This document shows, piece after piece, positions 17,915 to 25,959 of a stretch of DNA of 37,894 nucleotides. The translations under genes were made by a program, and so were the position numbers. Numbering within the stretch: position 1 is the stretch's first letter; every line of letters begins with the position of its first letter. The notes beneath the pieces are model-generated. The model was not told where the DNA came from. It saw only the letters and a program-made list of their open reading frames with translations, and ran no database searches. Source of the stretch: an uncultured Rhodospirillales bacterium (GTDB taxonomy: Bacteria; Pseudomonadota; Alphaproteobacteria; Acetobacterales; Acetobacteraceae); assembly GCA_903910565.1 (NCBI GenBank), contig CAIWAJ010000459.1:1-37894 (forward strand), written 5' to 3'.

Positions 17915-17985
17915 GGTGTACCGCTCCGACCTGTCGGTCAGGTGTACGCCGACGGCGTGCTTCCAGTTTCAACCGACACCAAATC

Positions 17986-18597
17986 TCAATCTACCAACAC
18001 CCCATGCTGCCGCAAGAATCCCAGCAGTGGCAGCAACGGTAAGCCGAGAATCGCGGCATATTCGCCATCCACTGCGTCGAACAACTGAACACCCGGTCCT
18101 TCCAATCGATAAGCCCCGACCGTGTGGGTCACGTGCTCCGTCTCCTCGGAGAGGTAGGCGTCGAGGAATTCCTCGGAAAACGGCCGCATGACCAAGCGCG
18201 GCCGGGCGACATGGTGCCAGATCCGCCGCCCATCCCGCATGCAGAGCACAGCAGTCACCAGGGTGTGCGGCCGTCCGCGCAAAGCCAGGAGTTGCTCACG
18301 CGCACCGGCGACATCCGCGGGTTTATCAAACCACCGATCCCCACATACCAGCAATTGATCGCAGCCGATTACCAACGCTTCCGGGTCGCGCGAGGCGATG
18401 CGAGCCGCCTTCAACTCGGCCAACAGCAAGGCGGCATCATCGGCTGACATGCCATCGGCGCGGGCAGACTGCTTCACAGCAGTCTCGTCAATCGCGGCCG
18501 CTTTAGCCTCGAAACGCAGTCCCGCGCCGATCAATAGGGCACGGCGGGCGGAGGACGCGCTTGCCAGTACCAATCGCGGCTCAGCTGACTGCAACAT
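17986..18597 (-). CDS. maf: Maf-like nucleoside triphosphate pyrophosphatase
   Basis: 203 aa. LVLASASSARRALL...GCDQ...GKP..., the Maf pattern. Its ATG shares one base with the upstream TGA (TGATG). Confidence 0.9.
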   Translation of the reverse strand: MLQSAEPRLVLASASSARRALLIGAGLRFEAKAAAIDETAVKQSARADGMSADDAALLLAELKAARIASRDPEALVIGCDQLLVCGDRWFDKPADVAGAREQLLALRGRPHTLVTAVLCMRDGRRIWHHVARPRLVMRPFSEEFLDAYLSEETEHVTHTVGAYRLEGPGVQLFDAVDGEYAAILGLPLLPLLGFLRQHGVLVD

Positions 18598-19472
18598 CAG
18601 CGTGGCGCCTCAATCACCTTTTGCCGGCGATTATGCCAAGCCTCCATGAGCTGCACCACCGTCGCCGCGGTCTCCTCAATAGACCGGCGAGTGACATCGA
18701 TCACCGGCCAGCCACGCCGCGTGCATAGCCGGCGCACCCACAGCAGCTCGGCCTTCACAGCATCCTGGTCGACATATTCACCACTGTCATGCCGCGGCGC
18801 CGGCGCTTGGTTGCCGCCGATCATGCGCAGCCGATGGCGGCGGATCTCGATCAGCACGTCTGGGTCGATCGACAGACCGATCACCGGGCAATGCGGATTG
18901 AGCAGCACATCCGGCTCACCAAGCGCCGGCACCAGCGGTACATTGGCTGCCTTGATCCCTCGGTTGGCGAGGTAGAAGCAGGTTGGTGTCTTCGAACTGC
19001 GGGAGACGCCGACAAGGATGACATCCGCCTCCTCGATGCCGCCCTGTGCCTGGCCGTCATCATGGGCGAGAACATAGTGGATGGCGTCAATCCGCTTGAA
19101 ATAGTCGGAATCGAGCACATACTGACGGCCGATCCGCGCCGAGGCCTGCTCGCCGAAATGGGCTTGGAATACGCTGAAGACGGGATCCAGTACATGCACG
19201 ACCGATGTGCCAAGGCGCTGGCAGGCCATTTCCAGCTCAGTGCGCAGGCCCTTTTCCATCAAGGTGGACAGTACGGGGCCTGGCTCGGCCTCGATGCCCT
19301 CTATCACCCGGTGCAGCTGGAAGCGCGTCCGGATCAGGCTCCAGCGATGATAAACGATTTTCGATTCCTCGAACTGCGCCACCGCGGCGCGCGCCACCGC
19401 GTTGAGGGTATCGCCGGTGGAATCGGACACCAGATGCAGGTTATGTTGGTTTGATTGATTTTGGTTGGGCAT
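18597..19472 (-). CDS. Pyruvate, phosphate dikinase / PEP synthase regulatory protein (DUF299, RP001-like)
   Basis: 291 aa from internal ATG 19472 ([23 protein letters not shown]...). P-loop-like GVSRSSKT. Confidence 0.85.
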   Translation of the reverse strand: MPNQNQSNQHNLHLVSDSTGDTLNAVARAAVAQFEESKIVYHRWSLIRTRFQLHRVIEGIEAEPGPVLSTLMEKGLRTELEMACQRLGTSVVHVLDPVFSVFQAHFGEQASARIGRQYVLDSDYFKRIDAIHYVLAHDDGQAQGGIEEADVILVGVSRSSKTPTCFYLANRGIKAANVPLVPALGEPDVLLNPHCPVIGLSIDPDVLIEIRRHRLRMIGGNQAPAPRHDSGEYVDQDAVKAELLWVRRLCTRRGWPVIDVTRRSIEETAATVVQLMEAWHNRRQKVIEAPR

Positions 19473-19781
19473 GGGGGCTGAGGATAACGGGGATAACCGG
19501 GATTGGCAGCCCCCGCTGCACGGCAAGCGGGCCTTAGCGGGGATGAATGACACATCCGTGATTCCAGAGGGCACGAATCCGGAGGTTCACGCCTCTGCGG
19601 GGACCAAACCCTGGATCGCTGCAACTTCAATGTGCTGTCGCATGCTGTTGCTGTGGATGAAATCGGGGACAAGACTGGCGCAGCCGTGTACCCCGATTTC
19701 CACCGGGCCTACTTACAACAACCACCTCTTAAGGATTCTTTTATCTGGTAGAAGGACGCTGGATGCGGAGCGGATACGAGC
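19473..19781. other. Candidate chromosomal replication origin (oriC) in the PDRP | hemE divergent spacer
   Basis: Matches the synteny of Caulobacter Cori (hemE - ori - RP001/DUF299 - maf). DnaA-box-like 9-mers TGAGGATAA (19479-19487) and TGTGGATGA (19652-19660) each have 1 mismatch to TGTGGATAA. CGGGGATAA (19488-19496) has 2 mismatches. Nine same-orientation GGAT cores, three GANTC sites, and a short AT-rich patch at 19728-19750. Confidence 0.5.
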
Positions 19782-20804
19782 ATGACGAAGACGATCTTGC
19801 GGGTTCTGGCCGGCGAAGCGGTGTGGCCGCCGCCGGTGTGGCTGATGCGCCAGGCCGGGCGGTACCTGCCGGAATATCGCACGTTGCGGAAACAGGCCGG
19901 CGACTTTCTGAATCTTTGCCTCAGCCCCGAACGCGCCGCGGAAATCACGCTGCAACCGCTGCGGCGTTTTGCTATGGACGGCGCCATCCTGTTCAGTGAC
20001 CTACCAATCGTCTCCTGGGCGCTGGGTCAGGACCTGCGCTATGCCGAGGGTGAAGGTCCGGTACTTACGCCGATCCGCGATGCTGCCAGCATCGATCGGC
20101 TGAGCGTAGACCGGGTGGCTGATGCGGTCGCCCCGGTATGGGAGACAGTGCGCCGTGTACGGGCGGAGGTAGGGCAAGCCACCCTGATCGGCTTTTCGGG
20201 CGGCCCATTTACGGTGGCGTGCTACATGGTGGAGGGCCACGGTTCGCGCGAATTCGCCGCCGCCCGTGGCATGGCTTATTCTGAACCTGCACTGTTCGCG
20301 CGGTTGATCGACCGGATCGTAGAGGGAAACCTAGTCTATTTGCGCGGCCAGGCCGATGCTGGAGCCGAAGCGCTCATGCTGTTCGACAGCTGGGCCGGCA
20401 TGTTGCCACCGGAGGAGTTCCGGCGCTGGGTGATCGCGCCGACAGCGCGCATCGCCGCAGCCCTGCGTGAGAGCCACCCACATATCCCACTGATCGGCTT
20501 TCCCCGTCTCGCCGGCATGTTGCTGGGCGAATATGCTGTTGCAACGGGCGTACAAGCCGTAGCGATGGATACTTCCATGGACCCGGCCGCGGCGGCGCGA
20601 CTTGTTCCTAAGCATATCGCCCTGCAAGGCAATCTTGATCCTCTGGCGCTGGTGGCTGGTGGGGAGACGATGTTTTCCGGTGTCAGGCGCATCAATGAGG
20701 CTCTGCGGGGGCGCCCACATATCTTCAATCTTGGTCACGGCATTGTGAAGGAGACGCCGCCCGAGCATGTCGGAGCGTTGGTGGCGGCGATAAGGGGTGG
20801 TTGA
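19782..20804 (+). CDS. hemE: Uroporphyrinogen decarboxylase
   Basis: 340 aa. PVWLMRQAGRYLPEY signature. Confidence 0.95.
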   Translation: MTKTILRVLAGEAVWPPPVWLMRQAGRYLPEYRTLRKQAGDFLNLCLSPERAAEITLQPLRRFAMDGAILFSDLPIVSWALGQDLRYAEGEGPVLTPIRDAASIDRLSVDRVADAVAPVWETVRRVRAEVGQATLIGFSGGPFTVACYMVEGHGSREFAAARGMAYSEPALFARLIDRIVEGNLVYLRGQADAGAEALMLFDSWAGMLPPEEFRRWVIAPTARIAAALRESHPHIPLIGFPRLAGMLLGEYAVATGVQAVAMDTSMDPAAAARLVPKHIALQGNLDPLALVAGGETMFSGVRRINEALRGRPHIFNLGHGIVKETPPEHVGALVAAIRGG

Positions 20805-20835
20805 CGGCGCTCCTGGGGAGGCCATCTTTGCCGTT

Positions 20836-21891
20836 ATGCGCAAACCTAAGATAGCCATCGTCCTGTTTAATCTCGGTGGCCCCGACCGGCCGGAGGCGAT
20901 CAAACCGTTCCTGCTTAATCTTTTCCGTGACCCCGCGATCCTGCGGGTCCCGTTCTTTGTCCGCCCAGTTCTGGCGCGCATCATAGCAGGTGCTAGGGCG
21001 AAGCCGGCGACGGAGAATTATGCCCTGCTGGGTGGCAAATCGCCGTTGCTGGAACTCACTGTCGCGCAGGGTGAGGCTTTGGAAGCCGCTTTGCCTGAAT
21101 TGGAGGCTAAGTGCTTCATTGCGATGCGTTATTGGCACCCATTTAGCGAGGAAACTGTACGCCAAGTGCTTGCGTGGGACCCCGATGAGGTTCTGTTGCT
21201 GCCGCTATACCCGCAATACTCGACAACGACGACAGGAAGTTCCTTGACCGCTTGGCGCGAGGCCGCGGCCAAGGTCGGACTCATGAAGCGCGTTACTTCG
21301 TTGTGCTGCTATCATCACGATACCGGTTATATCTCCGCCATTGCCAGACTTGTTCGCCTAAGTTACGATGCAGCGCTGACGGACATCGGTCGGGGCGGTA
21401 AGCTACGTATTTTGTTCTCCGCTCACGGCCTGCCGGAGGTGATCGTGAACCGCGGTGATCCGTATCAGTATCAGATTGAACAAACGGTCGCCTCTGTTGT
21501 TGACACTCTCTCGATTCCGGATCTTGATGCTGTCGTATGCTATCAGTCTCGTGCTACGCCGCAGAAATGGATTGGGCCGTCGACCGAAGATGAACTTGAG
21601 CGTGCTGCACACGACAAGGTGGGGGTAGTCGTGGTGCCAATTGCATTCGTATCAGAACATTCCGAAACATTAGTGGAGCTGGATGTCGAGTATCGAGAGC
21701 TAGCCGACAAGCTGGGAGTGCCCGGCTATTTCCGTGTTCCAGCGGCGAATTCCGACCCCGCCTTCATCGCGGGACTCGCTGGTCTCGTCAGACAGGCGCG
21801 CGGCCCCGGCTTGTGTACGGTTGGCGGAATTTGCCCAGTGAAACATGGTGATTGCCCGCATCGTCTGGCCGCAATGGATGCTGTCGCATGA
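20836..21891 (+). CDS. hemH: Ferrochelatase
   Basis: 351 aa from ATG 20836 (MRKPKIAIVLFNLGGPD...LPLYPQYS...FSAHGLP...). The track start 20797 (GTG) is an alternative. Confidence 0.9.
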   Translation: MRKPKIAIVLFNLGGPDRPEAIKPFLLNLFRDPAILRVPFFVRPVLARIIAGARAKPATENYALLGGKSPLLELTVAQGEALEAALPELEAKCFIAMRYWHPFSEETVRQVLAWDPDEVLLLPLYPQYSTTTTGSSLTAWREAAAKVGLMKRVTSLCCYHHDTGYISAIARLVRLSYDAALTDIGRGGKLRILFSAHGLPEVIVNRGDPYQYQIEQTVASVVDTLSIPDLDAVVCYQSRATPQKWIGPSTEDELERAAHDKVGVVVVPIAFVSEHSETLVELDVEYRELADKLGVPGYFRVPAANSDPAFIAGLAGLVRQARGPGLCTVGGICPVKHGDCPHRLAAMDAVA

Positions 21892-21905
21892 AGGCAAAGG
21901 AATTT

Positions 21906-22577
21906 ATGAGCGCGCGTACGTCACCGCTGCGTCTGGTGATTTTTGACTGCGATGGTGTCCTTGCGGACAGCGAACCACTGGCGAACCGCGTGTCTGCCGA
22001 AATGATCTCGGAAGAAGGCCTTTCTATCTCGGCGGAGGAGTGCGTCCGCCGATTTGTTGGCCTCAACTTGGAGGCCATGGTTCCGGCGATCGAGGCGGAA
22101 CTCGGTCGATCCCTCAGGCATGATTGGGTGGATTGCCTGACGCATCGATTGATTGAAGCCTTCAGCCGGGAGATGCGTCCCATTCCTGGTGCTATCGAGG
22201 CTTTGCATGCTGTTTCGGCGCTTGGTTTGCCTTGGCGAGTTGCTTCCAACTCGAGCCATGCGGAAATGAATGCAAAATTTTCTGCCATGGGGATTACCGA
22301 TCTCGTCGCTGGCCGCCTGCACTCCTATACCGATGTCGCTGAAGGCAAGCCCGCGCCTGATCTCTTTCTCGCTGCCGCCGCGGCCGAGGGCGTTCCACCG
22401 GCCCAGTGCGTGGTCATCGAGGACAGCGTGACCGGCGCCCGTGCCGCTGCCGCCGCCGGTATGCCTTGCCTCGGGTTTGCTCCCCATGGAGACGACCCCC
22501 GACTGATAGGTGTTGGTGCACGGTTGTTCAACTCGATGTTCGAGCTCCCCGCGCTGATCGCGGCCGCACCGGGATGA
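21906..22577 (+). CDS. HAD-superfamily hydrolase (beta-phosphoglucomutase-like subfamily IA)
   Basis: DCDGVLADSE (motif I), ASNS (II), GKPAPDLF and EDSVTGARAA (III/IV). Start at 21906 (AAGGA upstream) or at 21888 (ATGA overlap with the hemH stop). Confidence 0.75.
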   Translation: MSARTSPLRLVIFDCDGVLADSEPLANRVSAEMISEEGLSISAEECVRRFVGLNLEAMVPAIEAELGRSLRHDWVDCLTHRLIEAFSREMRPIPGAIEALHAVSALGLPWRVASNSSHAEMNAKFSAMGITDLVAGRLHSYTDVAEGKPAPDLFLAAAAAEGVPPAQCVVIEDSVTGARAAAAAGMPCLGFAPHGDDPRLIGVGARLFNSMFELPALIAAAPG

Positions 22578-23026
22578 CGTTCGGGTTTCTCGCGCATATT
22601 TATCTTTGGGTGAAAGCCCTGCACGTCATGAGCGTGATCGCGTGGATGGCGGGTATGTTCTATCTACCGCGTCTCTTCGTTTATCACAGCATGGTCGCTT
22701 CGGGATCTGAGGAGAGCGAACGGTTTAAGGTCATGGAACGCCGTCTGCTGAAACAGATCATCAATCCTGCGATGGTGGTGAGTTGGCTGTTTGGCTTGGT
22801 CCTGGTGCTAACGCCTGGTATTGTCGACTGGTTCAGCCTGTGGCCTTGGATTAAATTGGCTGGCGTTCTCGGCATGAGTGCGTTTCACGGGAAACTGGTC
22901 GTATGGCGGCGCGATTTTATGGAAGACCGCAATCGCCATCCTCATCGCTACTACAGGATAGCTAACGAAGTTCCTACTTTGCTGATGTTTGTTATCGTCA
23001 TCATGGTTATCGTCAGGCCGTTCTGA
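22574..23026 (+). CDS. hemJ: Protoporphyrinogen IX oxidase HemJ (UPF0093/CopD-like)
   Basis: 150 aa from ATG 22574 (ATGA overlap with the HAD stop). YLWVKALHVMSVIAWMAGMFYLPRLFVYH is the characteristic HemJ N-terminus. Confidence 0.8.
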   Translation: MTFGFLAHIYLWVKALHVMSVIAWMAGMFYLPRLFVYHSMVASGSEESERFKVMERRLLKQIINPAMVVSWLFGLVLVLTPGIVDWFSLWPWIKLAGVLGMSAFHGKLVVWRRDFMEDRNRHPHRYYRIANEVPTLLMFVIVIMVIVRPF

Positions 23027-23481
23027 TGTCATACATCATTTGCTTGCCCGATGGCTATGTGATCAATGACGATCCTCAGCGGCTTGATGTCGTGGCAATC
23101 CATGAGTTCCTCAGCACTGAAAGCTACTGGGCCCGCGGCCGCGATCATGCGACGGTGGAGCGGGCACTCGCTCATTCGCTTTGCTTCGGACTTTACGGAC
23201 CCAGTGGCGATCAAGCTGGTTTCGCCAGGCTGGTGACCGATCGAACCACGGCGGCACATCTCTGCGATGTTTACGTGCTGATTGCTCACCGGGGCCGCGG
23301 TCTTGGCAAGGCTCTCATGGCTGCTGTGCTAGGGCATCCCGATGTTCAGACGATCTCGAGATGGTCCCTAAGCACCCAGGATGCGCATGGTTTGTATGCT
23401 GGTTTTGGATTTGGTCCTCACCCGGACCTGCATACGCAGATGTGGCGTACACGGTGGCCTGCTGGCGAGGGTAAGCTCTGA
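23026..23481 (+). CDS. GNAT family N-acetyltransferase
   Basis: 151 aa. Acetyl-CoA motif A HRGRGLGKALMAAVL. The ATG shares one base with the hemJ TGA. Confidence 0.8.
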   Translation: MSYIICLPDGYVINDDPQRLDVVAIHEFLSTESYWARGRDHATVERALAHSLCFGLYGPSGDQAGFARLVTDRTTAAHLCDVYVLIAHRGRGLGKALMAAVLGHPDVQTISRWSLSTQDAHGLYAGFGFGPHPDLHTQMWRTRWPAGEGKL

Positions 23482-23665
23482 TCAGCATGATGGCGGGCTC
23501 GACCGCCTGCGTTTCTGGATACTATGGAGATGCTATTTAGGCTCTGGAAGATCCTATAATCGTTTCGTATATCCGTTTTATTGGCCCGCACGACTAGGGC
23601 ACGGCGTATCGGTGGCAGGCATCTGCAAATTCTGTGGTCACGCACTCTGAAAACGCGCCGTAACG

Positions 23666-24529
23666 TCAATCACGGCTGAGCAGAGCGATCAGTCCGTCGA
23701 GCTGATCAAGGGTTCGATAGCGGATACGGACCGTACCGCCACCACCTTCGAACGTGATATCGACCTTGAGACCCAGCCGCTCAGTGAGTGTGCGCTCGAG
23801 TGCGACCGTATCGCGATCGCGTGCGCGCGCTTGTCTCTCTGGCCCGGATCCACTGCGGCGCGCGGCGAGCGCTTCAGTCTGCCGTACGTTCAGGCCACGG
23901 GAAATGACCGACAAGGCGGCGATTGCAGGATCTGGGTGAGACAATAGGGCACGCGCGTGGCCGGCAGAGAGTGCTCCCTTATGCACAGCGGCCTGAACCG
24001 CGGGGGGCAGGTTCAGTAGGCGCAGCGTATTAGCAACATGGCTGCGGGACTTGCCCACGGCTGTGCCAAGGGCGTCCTGGGTAAGGCCGAATTCGTCGAT
24101 CAGCCGGCGGTAACCCTCGGCTTCTTCGAGTGCATTGAGGTCCTGCCGTTGCAGATTCTCCACCAATGCCGCGGCCATTGCTTCCGCCTCCGACAATGGG
24201 CGTAGGAGCACCGGTATTTCATGCAAACCCGCCCGCTGGGCCGCGCGCCAACGACGCTCGCCGGCGATAATCTGATAATGGCCAGCTTTGTCAGGATGTG
24301 GACGCGCGAGGATAGGCTGCAGAACGCCACGTGCCTGGATGGATTCCGTCAACTCTTGTAGTGCGGTCTCGTCCATAACACCACGTGGCTGGTAAGGACT
24401 TGGTTCGAACAGGTCGATCGCCACGACGGTTGTACTCGCTCCCGTGGGAACGCTTGAAGGGCTGGCGACGTCACCGAGCAACGCGGCAAGGCCGCGGCCG
24501 AGGCGTGGGCTGGCTTCCTTGGCACACAT
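23666..24529 (-). CDS. parB: Chromosome partitioning protein ParB
   Basis: 287 aa from ATG 24529 (TGATG overlap with the parA stop; the track uses TTG 24532). GRGLAALL, ParB box IIAGERRWRAA, HTH region. Confidence 0.9.
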   Translation of the reverse strand: MCAKEASPRLGRGLAALLGDVASPSSVPTGASTTVVAIDLFEPSPYQPRGVMDETALQELTESIQARGVLQPILARPHPDKAGHYQIIAGERRWRAAQRAGLHEIPVLLRPLSEAEAMAAALVENLQRQDLNALEEAEGYRRLIDEFGLTQDALGTAVGKSRSHVANTLRLLNLPPAVQAAVHKGALSAGHARALLSHPDPAIAALSVISRGLNVRQTEALAARRSGSGPERQARARDRDTVALERTLTERLGLKVDITFEGGGGTVRIRYRTLDQLDGLIALLSRD

Positions 24530-25356
24530 CAAACAATACTTCCCGTAGAGCGTTCCCGCCGCAGGACTTCCTGTGCGAGCCGAACATAGGCCTGCGCTCC
24601 GGGGGAGCGGAAGTCGTATAGGATCACGGGTTTCCCATGGCTGGGGGCTTCTGACACACGGATATTTCGCGGAATGACGGTCTCGAACACACGGTCACCA
24701 AAGAATCCGCGCGCGTCGGCGGCAACGAGGTCCGACAAGTTGTTCCTCCGATCGAACATCGTCAGCACGATGCCAAGCAGCCGCAATCCGGGGTTCAGTC
24801 CGCGCTTGACGAGATCGATTGTACGGGTGAGCTGTGTCAGGCCCTCAAGTGCGAAGAATTCGCACTGCAACGGGACCAACACTGCGTCCGCTGCGGCAAG
24901 ACCGTTCAGGGTGAGCAGTCCGAGGCTCGGGGGGCAATCGATAAGGACGATTCCATAGGCGATTGGCCCCTCGAATGCGCGGTCGAGCGCCGCACGCAGG
25001 TGGAATTCACGCCGTTCCTCAGAGACGAGTTCGATTTCGGCCCCGGCAAGATCTGGGTCCGCCGGGATAATCGAGAGACCGGGAACCGCCGTTTTGCGGG
25101 GGAGATCGGTGGCCGTGGGCTCGAGTAACAAGGCGTAGGTGCCATGGGAGCGGTCCCCACGACCAATGCCAAGACCAGTGGAGGCATTCCCTTGTGGATC
25201 GAGATCGATCAGCAGAACCTGCTGTCCCGCTGCAGCGAGCGCAGTCGCCAGGTTGATGGTAGTCGTTGTCTTGCCTACCCCTCCCTTCTGGTTGGCGACG
25301 GCGATGATCAGGGGCCGCTTGCGCTTGCCGCGTTCGGTCTGGTCAGGAGCCTGCAC
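24529..25356 (-). CDS. parA: Chromosome partitioning ATPase ParA (Soj)
   Basis: 275 aa with a GTG start. Deviant Walker A NQKGGVGKTTT. Confidence 0.9.
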   Translation of the reverse strand: MQAPDQTERGKRKRPLIIAVANQKGGVGKTTTTINLATALAAAGQQVLLIDLDPQGNASTGLGIGRGDRSHGTYALLLEPTATDLPRKTAVPGLSIIPADPDLAGAEIELVSEERREFHLRAALDRAFEGPIAYGIVLIDCPPSLGLLTLNGLAAADAVLVPLQCEFFALEGLTQLTRTIDLVKRGLNPGLRLLGIVLTMFDRRNNLSDLVAADARGFFGDRVFETVIPRNIRVSEAPSHGKPVILYDFRSPGAQAYVRLAQEVLRRERSTGSIV

Positions 25357-25951
25357 GGCGGATCTCTCTGATGCGAAGGATGGTTGACTCAGTGTCGATG
25401 GCGCTTGGTATGCGTTCGATCTGCATGTGCCAATGTAGGGCCGCCGCGGTCAATTCGTCGTCCACGCCGCGTCCCTTCGGAAATACACATATACCGTCTG
25501 GGGCGACGAATGGGCTCGCGAGTTCTAGCAGGCGATCGAGCGGGGCGAGGGCTCGCGCGGTGACCACAGGCGCGCGCTCAAGGCGCAGTGTCTCGATCCG
25601 AGCGCAATGCACTCCAGCATCAGCATGTGTCGCGCGGATCGCTTCGCGCAGAAATGCTGCCTTGCGCTGGTCGGACTCGACCAGCTCAAATCGCCAACCC
25701 GTCGCAATCGCCAGCACGATGCCCGGAAACCCTCCCCCGGACCCCAGGTCGATGGCCCGCCCGGCAGTTGGGGGTAGCGCAGCGATCAGTGCCAGGGAGT
25801 CGATGATGTGGCGATCCCAAATATTCGCTTCATCGTGACGCGAGACCAGATTGATGGTGCGGTTCCAGTGTGACAGCAGAGCGCTGAACGTGCGCAGGCG
25901 GATCTCTGTTTCACGTGAAACACGCAAATCTGACGAAATGTGTTGTTTCAC
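25343..25951 (-). CDS. rsmG: 16S rRNA (guanine527-N7)-methyltransferase RsmG (GidB)
   Basis: 202 aa. GTG start inside parS-2. N-terminal ...VSRET... is encoded by parS-1. SAM motif [10 protein letters not shown]. Confidence 0.9.
   Translation of the reverse strand: MKQHISSDLRVSRETEIRLRTFSALLSHWNRTINLVSRHDEANIWDRHIIDSLALIAALPPTAGRAIDLGSGGGFPGIVLAIATGWRFELVESDQRKAAFLREAIRATHADAGVHCARIETLRLERAPVVTARALAPLDRLLELASPFVAPDGICVFPKGRGVDDELTAAALHWHMQIERIPSAIDTESTILRIREIRRAGS
25907..25922. other. parS: parS centromere site 1 (perfect consensus)
   Basis: TGTTTCACGTGAAACA is an exact 16-bp palindromic parS consensus. It lies within rsmG codons 11-15. Confidence 0.9.
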
Positions 25952-25959
25952 GTGAAACT
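25944..25959. other. parS: parS centromere site 2 (15/16 match)
   Basis: TGTTTCACGTGAAACT. Its centre carries the mnmG TGA stop and the rsmG GTG start (GTGA overlap). Confidence 0.85.
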
